DNA of 54,367 nucleotides, from assembly GCA_964534375.1 (NCBI GenBank), contig CAZHPN010000014.1, positions 1-54,367 on the forward strand, written 5' to 3'. The notes below the pieces were generated by a model that had not been told where the DNA came from, made no database searches, and saw only the letters and a program-made list of their open reading frames with translations. The stretch is from an uncultured bacterium (GTDB taxonomy: Bacteria; Lernaellota; Lernaellaia; Lernaellales; Lernaellaceae). The position numbers were made by a program, and so were the translations under genes. Below are positions 1-9,164 of this stretch, piece after piece; within the stretch, counting starts at the first letter, position 1, and the number at the start of each line of letters is the position of its first letter.

Positions 1-20
1 CCAGGACGGCGTTTTTCATG

Positions 21-623
21 CTAGGCGCCCGGCGCGACGAGGACGAGGTTCAGCGTCGTCGTTTGTCCGGCGACCACGGGCGTCGAAACAAACGGCGCGC
101 GGATCGGATCGACCGCCGCATTCACGGCGCCCGTGCCCGACACGTCGAGGTACGCGAAGACGTAGTAGCTGCCCGGGGCCACGCCGGCGGCGGTGAAATC
201 CCAGGCGTAGGCGAACGGGAACCCGGTGGACGGCACGGTGAATTTCGTGATGCCGCTGACGGCCAGCGGGTTCGTCGGCTCCCACGTGGTATAGAGCAGC
301 ACGCGCACCGCCAGGCCCGCGACCGTGCCGGTGCAACCGTCGCATTCGATGTGGCCGGCCAACCCCGCGTCGCCGGGGCTGACGTCGTCGTCGATCGGCG
401 AGGAATCGTCGTCGGACGGCGACGTGTCGTCGTCGCCGGACGCCGTGTCGTCATTGTCGTCGTCGTCCACCCCCGACGTGTCGTCGTCGGTCGGCGCGAT
501 GTCGTCGTCGGCGATCGGCGCAGTCTGGTTGGTGGACAGACCGCCGCCGGGGCGGCAGGCGTCGAAGGCGAAGACGGCCGCCACAACGACCGCCAGCAAG
601 ATCAACCATGTCAAACGTTTCAT
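21..623 (-). CDS. Secreted lipoprotein with Asp-rich linker and C-terminal beta-sandwich-like domain
   Basis: ATG at 623 preceded by a GGAGG RBS; MKRLTWLILLAVVVAAVFAFDAC signal ending in Cys; DDD-rich spacer. The ORF-track extension to 776 runs through repeat DNA. Confidence 0.7.
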   Translation of the reverse strand: MKRLTWLILLAVVVAAVFAFDACRPGGGLSTNQTAPIADDDIAPTDDDTSGVDDDDNDDTASGDDDTSPSDDDSSPIDDDVSPGDAGLAGHIECDGCTGTVAGLAVRVLLYTTWEPTNPLAVSGITKFTVPSTGFPFAYAWDFTAAGVAPGSYYVFAYLDVSGTGAVNAAVDPIRAPFVSTPVVAGQTTTLNLVLVAPGA

Positions 624-697
624 AAGTTCCTCCGGATACCCGTCCGATTGATTGTAGTTCCTGCCGAATCGGCGCACAACTCCGGGAGCAGGGAACG

Positions 698-863
698 GTG
701 AACAATGAACAATGAACAGTGAACGGCGGACGAGGCACGGAGACGAGGCGTTTTTTGACAGGATCAACAGGATCAACGGATCGATTTAACCGTCTTCCCG
801 TGTTGCGTTAGATCATCGCGAACGACGGTCTTTGCTGTTCACTGTTCATTGTTCACTGTTCAC
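698..863. repeat. Inverted pair of heptamer tandem arrays: (TGAACA[A/G])n at 698-725 and its complement at 835-863
   Basis: gtgaacaatgaacaatgaacagtgaac versus ctgttcactgttcattgttcactgttcac, read directly. Confidence 0.85.
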
Positions 864-927
864 AGAACCCGTTGATCCTGTCAAAAAAATGAACTAAAAC
901 CTGATCCCGTTGGTCCTGTCAAAAAAA
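751..927. repeat. Nonamer element TTTTTGACAGGATCAACAGGATCAAC at 751-778, with inverted copies at 868-889 and 902-927
   Basis: Read directly; the same element recurs at 13190-13229 and 20079-20109. Confidence 0.85.
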
Positions 928-944
928 CCTGAAAGATAGTCTCT

Positions 945-1991
945 ATGTCCGTAGCAACCATTGAATTCGCCAAGACCACCGTCGTCTCCCGTTTCGGCGA
1001 CCCGCGCCGGAATTTCGCGCTCGCCGACTTTCCGGTCGAGATTCGCACCTGCCCGCTGTCGGGCCAGAAAACCCGCCTGACCCCGCAGCGCATCAAGGGC
1101 AAGAACCTGCGCGAAGACGCGTGGCCCGACGTCGCCGGCGCCGTCGCCGCCAGCCGCGAGGATTGCCCATTTTGCCCGGCGACGCTGGCGGCGCGCGCCT
1201 GCAAGCTCGATGCGGGCCGCTTCGGCTGCGAACGCGTCGTCCGCGGCGATGCGTTTCTCTTTCCGAACCTGGCGCCGTACGGCCCTTACAGCGCGGTGAC
1301 GGTAATCGGCGCCGAGCATTATGTGGAAACCGGCCAATATGACCCGGCGCGCTATCTCGATGCCTTCCTCGCCAGCCGCGAATATCTGGGCAAGGTGCGC
1401 GCCATCGACCCGAGCGTCGCCTACGCCGCGATCACGCAAAACCACTTACCGGCGAGCGGCGGCACGCTCGTGCACCCGCATTTGCAGGTGCAGGCCGACG
1501 CCGTCGGGCCGACGTACTGCGTCAACCTGCGCCAATGGCAACGTGACGCCGGCGCCCGCTACGGCCGGCCGTTCTGGCCGCTGCTGGCCGACGTTGAGTC
1601 GGCGCGGGGCGAACGCTTCATCGGCGCGACCGGCCGTTGGCGCTGGCTCACGATGTGGGCGCCGCAGGGGCAGCTCGAGGTCTGGGGCGTGGCGGACGAG
1701 CCGGCGACCATCGCGGCATTTGCCGACGACGTGGCGCGTGAAATGGTTGACGGCCTGCTGCGCGTGCAGCGTTGGCACCGGCGGCGCAATCGCAACAGCT
1801 TCAATCTGGCCGTGTACTTTTTCGAGCCGGAAGAAACCGCGCTGCGCCTGACCTGCCGCATTTTCGCGCGCAACAACTGGGCCCCGTTCGCCCGCAACGA
1901 CCGCAGCTTCTACGAGACGACGCTCGGCGAAATGGTGTTCGACCAGTCGCCGGAGCGATGGGCGGCCGAGGCGCGGCCGGAATTCCGATGA
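945..1991 (+). CDS. Galactose-1-phosphate uridylyltransferase-like (GalT/HIT-family) nucleotidyltransferase
   Basis: CPFCP zinc motif, FPNLAPY, HPHLQ (HxHxQ) active-site motif. Confidence 0.75.
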   Translation: MSVATIEFAKTTVVSRFGDPRRNFALADFPVEIRTCPLSGQKTRLTPQRIKGKNLREDAWPDVAGAVAASREDCPFCPATLAARACKLDAGRFGCERVVRGDAFLFPNLAPYGPYSAVTVIGAEHYVETGQYDPARYLDAFLASREYLGKVRAIDPSVAYAAITQNHLPASGGTLVHPHLQVQADAVGPTYCVNLRQWQRDAGARYGRPFWPLLADVESARGERFIGATGRWRWLTMWAPQGQLEVWGVADEPATIAAFADDVAREMVDGLLRVQRWHRRRNRNSFNLAVYFFEPEETALRLTCRIFARNNWAPFARNDRSFYETTLGEMVFDQSPERWAAEARPEFR

Positions 1992-2057
1992 CCGGCCCCG
2001 GTTCATTGCCGCGCTCGCTGTCATCGTCGCCCGCGCGCGCAGATCCTATAACCGGTC

Positions 2058-2086
2058 TTGACGCGCCGCCGTCGGCGACGTGTAAT
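2058..2086 (+). promoter_or_regulatory. Putative sigma-70 promoter for the DUF1566 gene
   Basis: TTGACG-17 nt-TGTAAT about 70 nt upstream of the ATG at 2158. Confidence 0.5.
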
Positions 2087-2157
2087 GCGCTCGCAACCGT
2101 CTTTCCAGTCGCGCGGAAAGCAGAAATCTCGCCAAAGTTTCAATCGGACGCGGGGAG

Positions 2158-2874
2158 ATGCGTATGCAACGGATTCTTTACTTCGTTTTTCTCGCACTCT
2201 TGGCGTTTGCGGTCGTCGCCTTCGCAGTCGACTGCGGCGGTGGTTCCAGCAGCAGCGGCAGCAGCCATCCGGCCGTTGATGACGACGACAACGACAATGA
2301 TGACGCCTCGCCGGATGACGACGACAATGATGACAACGATGATGATGATGACGACGATGACGACGATGATGATAACGACGACAACGATGATGATAACGAT
2401 GACATCGCCGAAACGGTATGGACCGACCCCGCGACCGGTTACATGTGGCAGAACGGCGAAGAGATCGGGACACCCGAGCTTGGTTGGACGGATGCGCAGA
2501 ATTATTGCACCGGCCTGAGTTGGGCTGGCTATACCGGCTGGCGCCTGCCGGATATCAACGAACTCCGCAGCCTGATCCACGGATGCGCCGGCACGGAGAC
2601 CGGTGGTTCCTGCGACGTCACGGACGGCTGCTCAGATTCAACGTGTGAGAACGCTGCATGTGATGGTTGCTCGTATTTAGGCGGTCCCGGGCCGGAGGGC
2701 GCATACTGGCCGCCGGAAATCACAGGTTTCAGCCCGCTCGACAGTGCTTTTTGGTCGTCCTCGGCGGTCGCGGACTACGTCGGCACCGACGCGTGGTACG
2801 TCGATTTCGACGACGGCGCCGTCGGCTTCAACGGCGTCTATGATTCCGGCTATTACGTGCGCTGTGTTCGATAG
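2158..2874 (+). CDS. Lipoprotein with poly-Asp/Asn linker and DUF1566 (Lcl C-terminal, CLec-fold) domain
   Basis: Signal peptide ending AVDC; WTDPATGYMWQ, W..AQNYC..L...GYTGWRLPDINELRSL, FWSSS..AWYVDF..G..YVRCVR. Confidence 0.85.
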   Translation: MRMQRILYFVFLALLAFAVVAFAVDCGGGSSSSGSSHPAVDDDDNDNDDASPDDDDNDDNDDDDDDDDDDDDNDDNDDDNDDIAETVWTDPATGYMWQNGEEIGTPELGWTDAQNYCTGLSWAGYTGWRLPDINELRSLIHGCAGTETGGSCDVTDGCSDSTCENAACDGCSYLGGPGPEGAYWPPEITGFSPLDSAFWSSSAVADYVGTDAWYVDFDDGAVGFNGVYDSGYYVRCVR

Positions 2875-3123
2875 TCGACCGACCGAAGGGCGTTCTCAAC
2901 AAGACGCGGGACAGGGTAAACGGCCGGCGGCCGTTGTTGTGGCCGGTTTTCAACGATTTTGAGAAAGGGAAAACCGAGGCCATCGCGCCCGTCAACCAGG
3001 CGGCGTAGAACGGATGTAATCAACGGCCGGACGCGAGGACCTGCGGTTTATGATAAAAGCGTCAAGTCGCGCCCTGGACGGGTCCAAATTTCCCCAATCG
3101 CTTGGTAAGAATAGGGGGCTGTT

Positions 3124-4056
3124 TTGAACGCCGACGAGAGACACGAACCACCGATCACCAAAGAGGCAGCCATTAAACTGCTCCAGACTAACGTGCATCA
3201 ATGGAACAAAGTGCGGGAGCAGCACCCAAATTGGGCACCGGACCTCCAGGGCGCTCACATTGGCCACGTTGATCTCCAGAACGCGCATTTGGAAGGCTCG
3301 AATCTCGAAGGAGCCTATTTCAACACGGCAAATCTCAAGGGCGCTAACTTGCATAGGGCGAACCTTCAACGAGCGATTCTCGCCAGCGCTGACCTAAGGG
3401 ACGCTTATCTCTACATGGCGAACCTCCGAGAAGCCAACTTGGCTTATGCGAATTTGAAAAACGCATTGCTCTATGATGCCGACATGAAAAAAGCCCGCCT
3501 TTTTAACAGCGAGCTTCAAGGCGCCAAGGTCAATCGAGTAGACCTCCGAGGTGCAGACCTTTCGTACGCGAATTTGGAGGGCGCTGACGTTGGCGGGGTC
3601 AAGTTCGATCGACGGGGACGCTATCGTGGCGCCAGAGTCGACGGGTGTTTTGGCAGCGCACATTTTAAGCGCTTTGCCCAAGATGAAGATTATGTCGAGG
3701 AATTCAAAAACTCCTCGCGGCTCCGCTTTCTTCTATATTTCATCTGGTTGGTCACCGCCGACTGTGGACGGTCAATGTGGAGGTGGGTGCTGTGCATGGC
3801 GGGCGTTGTGTTTGTGTTCGCGGGCATATTTTTGTTCCTGGGTCGCCAGGAATTCCGGTTGGTCGAGAATTTGGCTTGGAATTTCGATACCATGCTTTAT
3901 TACAGTGTCGTGACCTTTACTACCCTTGGCTTCGGTGATGTTTCGCCGCTTACTACAGCGGCGAAGCATTGCGTGATGGCCGAGGTCATCATCGGATACG
4001 TCATGCTCGGTGGGCTGATTTCGATTTTGGCAACGAAAATCGCACGGCGAAGTTAA
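3124..4056 (+). CDS. Pentapeptide-repeat protein fused to a two-TM potassium-channel-like pore domain
   Basis: Many A[N/D]LxxA repeats; YYSVVTFTTLGFGD filter-like motif flanked by TM helices. Confidence 0.85.
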   Translation: MNADERHEPPITKEAAIKLLQTNVHQWNKVREQHPNWAPDLQGAHIGHVDLQNAHLEGSNLEGAYFNTANLKGANLHRANLQRAILASADLRDAYLYMANLREANLAYANLKNALLYDADMKKARLFNSELQGAKVNRVDLRGADLSYANLEGADVGGVKFDRRGRYRGARVDGCFGSAHFKRFAQDEDYVEEFKNSSRLRFLLYFIWLVTADCGRSMWRWVLCMAGVVFVFAGIFLFLGRQEFRLVENLAWNFDTMLYYSVVTFTTLGFGDVSPLTTAAKHCVMAEVIIGYVMLGGLISILATKIARRS

Positions 4057-4076
4057 ACGAACTTTGCCGCGAAAAT

Positions 4077-4706
4077 TCACTCTTCCTCAACGATGGGCTC
4101 TTCCGGCAGTTCGTGCGCCTCGCCCGCGTGTGCCGGATACTCCTTCGCCAGCACGTCGCCGATTTTCTGAATCCCGCGGCACAGGCCTTCGACCAGCGAA
4201 TGTTCGCGGATGCCGGCGAGTACGATTTGCACCGCGTCGCGCCACTCGTCCTCGCCCGCCTTTTGGTGGATGCCGGCGTCGGCCAGCACCTGCACGCGAC
4301 GCTCAAACAGCGAAATCATGAGCAACACGCCGGTGCGGTCGCGCGTTTCGGTCAGGCCGTGCTCGAAAAAGGCCTGCAACGCCCGGCGGTGAACTTCCAG
4401 CGCCGCGACGTGCCGGCCCAGCAGCGCGCGCTTCACGGGCAGACAGAGGTGCGTCAGCAGCAGCCCGCCGACGAAGGCGCCGATCAGCGTCAGCGACAAC
4501 GCCAGCGGGCGCCAGGCGCCGGGAATCCACCAGCAAAGCAGCAGGGCGCCGAACAGGGCGATCACGCCGCCGAGCAGGTCGATTTGCGGGTAGGCGTTGC
4601 TCGCCCCGACGATCAACGGCACGATCTGGCCGGAGGTTCGCGTTTCCGCCGCACGCACGGCGTTGGCGATGCACGTCTTTTCCTGCTCGGTGAATTTGCG
4701 CCGCAT
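4077..4706 (-). CDS. TPM-domain membrane protein (LemA operon)
   Basis: AVRAAETRTSGQIV, TRDRTGVLLMISLFERRVQVLADAGI, ELPE C-terminus. Confidence 0.85.
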   Translation of the reverse strand: MRRKFTEQEKTCIANAVRAAETRTSGQIVPLIVGASNAYPQIDLLGGVIALFGALLLCWWIPGAWRPLALSLTLIGAFVGGLLLTHLCLPVKRALLGRHVAALEVHRRALQAFFEHGLTETRDRTGVLLMISLFERRVQVLADAGIHQKAGEDEWRDAVQIVLAGIREHSLVEGLCRGIQKIGDVLAKEYPAHAGEAHELPEEPIVEEE

Positions 4707-4755
4707 GGAAATCCCTCAATCGCGAATCGCGCCCGGAAGGGCGCTCTTACAGATT

Positions 4756-4785
4756 TTCTCCGCGTTCTCGGCGACTCCGCGTGAG
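4756..4785. repeat. Short-repeat element (CTCCGCGTT/CTCGGCGA), reverse complement of the element at 44825-44854
   Basis: Reverse complement ctcacgcggagtcgccgagaacgcggagaa resembles ctcacgcggagaacgcggagtcgcggagaa at 44825. Confidence 0.65.
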
Positions 4786-4796
4786 TTCTCCCCGTT

Positions 4797-5540
4797 TCAC
4801 CAACTATCCGACGCGCCGCCGCCGCCGAACCCGCCGCCGCCGCCGCTGAAACCGCCGCCCGAGTCGCCGCGCCCGCCGCCGCGTCCGCCGAAGCCGCCGC
4901 TCATGATCAGATAAAACAGCAGCCAGCGGCCCGAGCGGGTCGAGAGCAGCAAAATCAAAACTATCGCGCCGATGATGCCGCCGACGATATTGCGCCCGCT
5001 CTGCTGCTCGCGGCCGTACGCGCCCGTGCGCGCGGGCATCGCTTTGTATTCGCCGCGCGTCGCCTGCATCATCGCGTCGACGCCGTCGCGCAGGCCCTCG
5101 TAAAACCGGCCGTCGCGAAAGGCCGGCGTCATTTTTTCGCGAAGAATGCGCGAGGCGATCGCGTCGGGCAGGGCGCCTTCGAGGCCGTAGCCGACCTCGA
5201 TGCGTGCGCGATGTTCGGCCGGCGCGACCACGACCAGCACGCCGTTGTCGCGGCCCTTTTGCCCGATTTTCCAGGCCTCGGCGACGCGGATGGAAAAGCC
5301 CTCGATATCCTCGCCGCCCAGTGACGGCACGGTCAGCACCGCGATCTGGTTCGACGTGGCGCGCTCGAATTGCGCCAATTCGGCGTCAAGGTCGGCGACT
5401 TGGGAGCTGTTCAGCACGCGCGCGTAATCGTTGACGCGGCCCTGCAGCGCCGGAACCTTGACCTCGGCCGCCGCCGCCGTCGCAAGGCAAAGCGCAAGGC
5501 ACAACGCGAGCAGAATCGGCAGCGCGCGCTTGTTGCTCAC
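4797..5540 (-). CDS. YgcG-family TPM-domain protein
   Basis: GRVNDYARVL, WKIGQKGRDNGVL, RIEVGYGLEGALPD, Gly-rich GGGFGGGGASDSW tail. Confidence 0.9.
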   Translation of the reverse strand: MSNKRALPILLALCLALCLATAAAAEVKVPALQGRVNDYARVLNSSQVADLDAELAQFERATSNQIAVLTVPSLGGEDIEGFSIRVAEAWKIGQKGRDNGVLVVVAPAEHRARIEVGYGLEGALPDAIASRILREKMTPAFRDGRFYEGLRDGVDAMMQATRGEYKAMPARTGAYGREQQSGRNIVGGIIGAIVLILLLSTRSGRWLLFYLIMSGGFGGRGGGRGDSGGGFSGGGGGFGGGGASDSW

Positions 5541-5549
5541 CGGCGCCTC

Positions 5550-6149
5550 CTAGAACTTCACCTTGGGCGCTTCTTTCGCCGCCTCGTTTGTGAGGGTGAA
5601 ATTCTGTTTGGGCTCCATGTGCAGGAAATATTTCGCGGTCAAGTTCGTCGGGAAATAACGCACCATTTTATTGAATTCCTTGACCGCGTTGATGTACCGG
5701 CCGCGGGCCACCGCGATGCGGTTTTCCGTGCCTTCGAGCTGCGCCTGCAGATCGCGGAAATTCGCGCTCGCTTTGAGGTCCGGATAATTTTCCGAGACGA
5801 CCAGCAGGCGGCTGAGCGCCGAGCCGAGGCCCGCCTGCGCCTTTTCGTATTCCTGGAATTTCGCCGGGTCCGACAGCGTGTCTGGCGTCACTTTGATCTG
5901 CCCGACCTTCGCGCGCGCCTCGGTGACGGCGATCAGGGTCTGCGACTCGTGCGACGCGTAACCTTTGACCGTTTCGACCAGATTCGGGATCAGGTCGTAC
6001 CGCCGCTGAAACTGATTTTGCACCTCGGACCACGCGGCGTTAACCTCCTCGTCCAGCCCCTGCAAGCGGTTGTACCCGCAGCCGGACGACGACAGCGCCA
6101 CCGTCGCCAGCGCGATCATCGCCAACCACATAATTGTCGATTTCTTCAC
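5550..6149 (-). CDS. lemA: LemA family protein
   Basis: GCGYN, QFQRRYDLIPNLVETVKGYASHE, ENYPDLKA, LEGTENRIAVAR; GTG start. Confidence 0.93.
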   Translation of the reverse strand: MKKSTIMWLAMIALATVALSSSGCGYNRLQGLDEEVNAAWSEVQNQFQRRYDLIPNLVETVKGYASHESQTLIAVTEARAKVGQIKVTPDTLSDPAKFQEYEKAQAGLGSALSRLLVVSENYPDLKASANFRDLQAQLEGTENRIAVARGRYINAVKEFNKMVRYFPTNLTAKYFLHMEPKQNFTLTNEAAKEAPKVKF

Positions 6150-6237
6150 GATTTCCTCTCCCGCGTTTCTGGCTTTGCAGACACGCTATCAATAACCTTA
6201 AGCCGGTCTGAGTCAAGGTTGGGGGCCAAGAAACCCG

Positions 6238-8031
6238 TCAGAAGACCCCGATGTCGCGCCGGCCCGTCACCGGCGTGGGCGCGCCGGTCAGCAGGCAGAC
6301 CGCGCTCTGCGTCTTCGGGAAGGCGATGACGTCGCGGATCGATTCCGCCCCGACCAGCAACGCCACGAGCCGGTCGATGCCGAAGGCGATGCCGCCGTGC
6401 GGCGGGGCGCCGGATTCGAGCGCGCGCAGGAAAAAGCCGAACTTCCGCTCGACCTCGGCCGCCGGCAACCCCAGCAGTGCGAACATGCGGCGCTGCATCT
6501 CCGGATCGTGCATGCGGATGCTGCCGCCGCCGATCTCCTGCCCGTTGCAGACCAGATCGTAGCTTTTCGCCTTGCAGGCAAGCAACGCCGCGCGGTCGTC
6601 CGACGCGAACGCAGCCGGGTCGTCCGGCTGCGTGAACGGATGGTGCACCGCCTTGTACCGCTGGTACGTCGGGTCGAATTCCAGCAGCGGAAAATCGAGG
6701 ACCCAGGTGAACTGCAACGGCCGACCGGCGCCGCCCGCCGTCGCGCCCGGCCCGCGCACGCCCAGCAGGTCGGCGACGATCAGGCGAATCTCGCCCATGT
6801 TCCGCAGCACCTGCCGGCGGTCCGGCCCGGCCTGGAAGAGCACGAGATCGCCCTCGCCGCCGGCCAGCCGCGCGACCATCGCCGCCTTTTCGTCGTCGCG
6901 GAAATACTTCGCGAGCTGCGACACAAACTGCCCGTCGCGCAGGTGCCCCCAGGCGGGCGCGTTGGCCCCGGCGTCCTCCGCGCACTCGCGGATTTCCTCG
7001 ATCTGCCGCTTGGACAGCGCCTGGCCGCCGGGCACGCAAATCGCCGCCACGGCGCCGCCCTCGTCGATCATCGCGCGGAAGACCTTGAAGTCGGTCTGGC
7101 GCAGGGGGTCGGTCAGATCGACGATCTCCATGCCGAAGGACGTGTCCGGCGCGTCCGTGCCGTAGCGCGCCATCGCCTCATCGTAGGTCAGGCGCGGAAA
7201 CGGCGGGGTTGCGGTCACGCCGATGGCCCCGAGCGCCCGCTGCAGCATTGCCTCGGCCAGGCCGCAGATGTCGTCGCGTTCGACGAAGCTCATCTCCATG
7301 TCGAGCTGGGTGAACTCCGGCTGCCGGTTCGCGCGCAGGTCTTCGTCGCGGAAGCAGCGGGCAATCTGGTAGTAGCGTTCGAGACCGCCGACCATCAGCA
7401 TTTGCTTGAAGAGTTGGGGCGACTGCGGCAGCGCATAATACGACCGCGCGTGCAGGCGGCTGGGCACGAGGTAATCGCGCGCGCCCTCGGGCGTGCTCTT
7501 GCCGAGGATCGGGGTCTCGACGTCGCAGAAGCCGTTGTCGTCGAGGAAGCCGCGCAGATGATGAATGAACTTCGCGCGCAGCCGCAGATTGCGCTGCAGG
7601 CCCGCGCTGCGCAGTTCGAGGAAGCGGTGCCGCAGCCGCACCTCCTCGGAAACCTCAGTGGCCTCTTCGGGCCGGAACGCCAACGCGGCGGTCTTCGCAA
7701 GCACGGCGACGCCGTCGGCGAGAACCTCGATCTCTTTGTTGTCCAAATTGGTGCGATCCGCCCCGGCGGGCCGGCGGCGGAGCGCGCCGGTGAAGCCGAC
7801 CACCCATTCGTGGCGGACGCTTTCGAGCGTGCGCCAGTCGTCCGGCGAAAAGTCGCCTTGATTCGCCACGACCTGGATCTTGCCCGAGGCGTCGCGCAGG
7901 TGAAAGAACAGCACGCCGCCGTGATCGCGGTAACTTTCGATCCAGCCGACCAACTGCATGGGCCGGCCGAAGTCTTCCTTCTCCGCCTGGGCGACCGTGT
8001 GGGTCCGGTATTTCGTTCGATCCAAGAGCAT
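6238..8031 (-). CDS. aspS: Aspartate--tRNA ligase, probably non-discriminating
   Basis: RDHGG, STPEGARDYLVPSR, LPQSPQLFKQ, CFRDEDLRANRQPEFTQLD, HHPFT, GAPPHGGIAFG, IRDVIAFPK; start chosen at MLLDRTKY. Confidence 0.95.
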   Translation of the reverse strand: MLLDRTKYRTHTVAQAEKEDFGRPMQLVGWIESYRDHGGVLFFHLRDASGKIQVVANQGDFSPDDWRTLESVRHEWVVGFTGALRRRPAGADRTNLDNKEIEVLADGVAVLAKTAALAFRPEEATEVSEEVRLRHRFLELRSAGLQRNLRLRAKFIHHLRGFLDDNGFCDVETPILGKSTPEGARDYLVPSRLHARSYYALPQSPQLFKQMLMVGGLERYYQIARCFRDEDLRANRQPEFTQLDMEMSFVERDDICGLAEAMLQRALGAIGVTATPPFPRLTYDEAMARYGTDAPDTSFGMEIVDLTDPLRQTDFKVFRAMIDEGGAVAAICVPGGQALSKRQIEEIRECAEDAGANAPAWGHLRDGQFVSQLAKYFRDDEKAAMVARLAGGEGDLVLFQAGPDRRQVLRNMGEIRLIVADLLGVRGPGATAGGAGRPLQFTWVLDFPLLEFDPTYQRYKAVHHPFTQPDDPAAFASDDRAALLACKAKSYDLVCNGQEIGGGSIRMHDPEMQRRMFALLGLPAAEVERKFGFFLRALESGAPPHGGIAFGIDRLVALLVGAESIRDVIAFPKTQSAVCLLTGAPTPVTGRRDIGVF

Positions 8032-8284
8032 CGCGCCCTCCTGACGATTCGCGCTGCCTGAGGGAAATCGTCTATACATAGTCCGAGAACGCCGCCGCGC
8101 CAAGTCGCTCGCGAGCCCGGCGAGCAAGTAAAATAACGCGCCCGAGGCGACGGCGCCGGGCCGTCGATGCCGCCCCCTTGCCAGACGGCTTGTTTTCGGC
8201 GCATAAAATGAACCGTTCGCGCGTCGTGGTTATTATGGAACAATGCGGGTTATTTGTCGCCGCCTGGCGAGAGGTCCGGAACGC

Positions 8285-9160
8285 ATGAAACCGCGGTTGG
8301 CTCACGCCCTTTTGGCCTGCCTTTTGGCGACGGCGGGTTGCGGCGGCCTGGTCCGCCAGGCGACCGCCCCGTTGGTCGACAACCTTTCGAAGACGATCAT
8401 GCGCGAGAACGATCCGCAGCTCGTGCGCGACGGCTCGCCGACGCTCATGCTGCTGGTCGAGAGTTTCGCGAACAGCAACCCCGACGACGCGCCGACGCTG
8501 GCGGCGGCGGCGCAGATGTTTTCCTCGTACGCGACGGCGTTCGTCGCCGCCGACAACCCCGAGCGCGCCAAACTGCTTTCCGAGAAAGCGAAGAACTACG
8601 CTTTCCGGGCGATGTCGTTGAAAAATAAGGAGTTCGCGAAGCGCAACGCGCTGCCGTACGCGGATTTCGAGCCGGTGCTGGCGACATTCAAAAAAGAGGA
8701 CGTGCCGGACATCTTCCTGGTTGTGAGCGTCTGGGCGACGTGGATTCAGACGCGCGCCGACGACTGGAACGCTGTCGCCGATCTCGCGAAGGTTCAGGCC
8801 CTGACGCAGAAATTGCTCGAGCTCGACGGCAACTATTTTTACGGCGCGCCGCACCTTTACATGGCGGTGCTCTATACGTTCCTGCCCCCGACGCTCGGCG
8901 GGCGGCCCGACGACGGCCGGCGGGAATTCGAGGCCGCGATCAAGGCGGGCGACGGCCATTTTCTGCCGACGTACGTCTATTACGCGAAGCAGGTCGCGAT
9001 GCCGGCGATGGACAAAAAACTTTTCGCCGCGCTCATGCAGCACGTGCGCGAGACGCCGGCCGAAATCGTGCCGGAGTTGACGTTGGTCAACACACTGGCT
9101 AAAAAAGACGCCGAAAAACTCGAAGCGCAGGCGAAGTCTTATTTCGAACCAACGGAGTAA
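8285..9160 (+). CDS. TRAP transporter TatT-family (TPAT T-component) lipoprotein
   Basis: Lipobox LATAGC; ENDPQLVRDGSPT, PPTLGG motif; lies directly upstream of dctP. Confidence 0.8.
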   Translation: MKPRLAHALLACLLATAGCGGLVRQATAPLVDNLSKTIMRENDPQLVRDGSPTLMLLVESFANSNPDDAPTLAAAAQMFSSYATAFVAADNPERAKLLSEKAKNYAFRAMSLKNKEFAKRNALPYADFEPVLATFKKEDVPDIFLVVSVWATWIQTRADDWNAVADLAKVQALTQKLLELDGNYFYGAPHLYMAVLYTFLPPTLGGRPDDGRREFEAAIKAGDGHFLPTYVYYAKQVAMPAMDKKLFAALMQHVRETPAEIVPELTLVNTLAKKDAEKLEAQAKSYFEPTE

Positions 9161-9164
9161 TCAG

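Noticed and set aside
2278..2403. GAY/AAY trinucleotide run as a non-coding microsatellite
   Set aside because: It is the in-frame poly-Asp/Asn linker of the lipoprotein, with mixed synonymous codons
8035..8284. T-box or other leader RNA upstream of aspS
   Set aside because: No T-box consensus or terminator/antiterminator is visible; the region is a short divergent promoter
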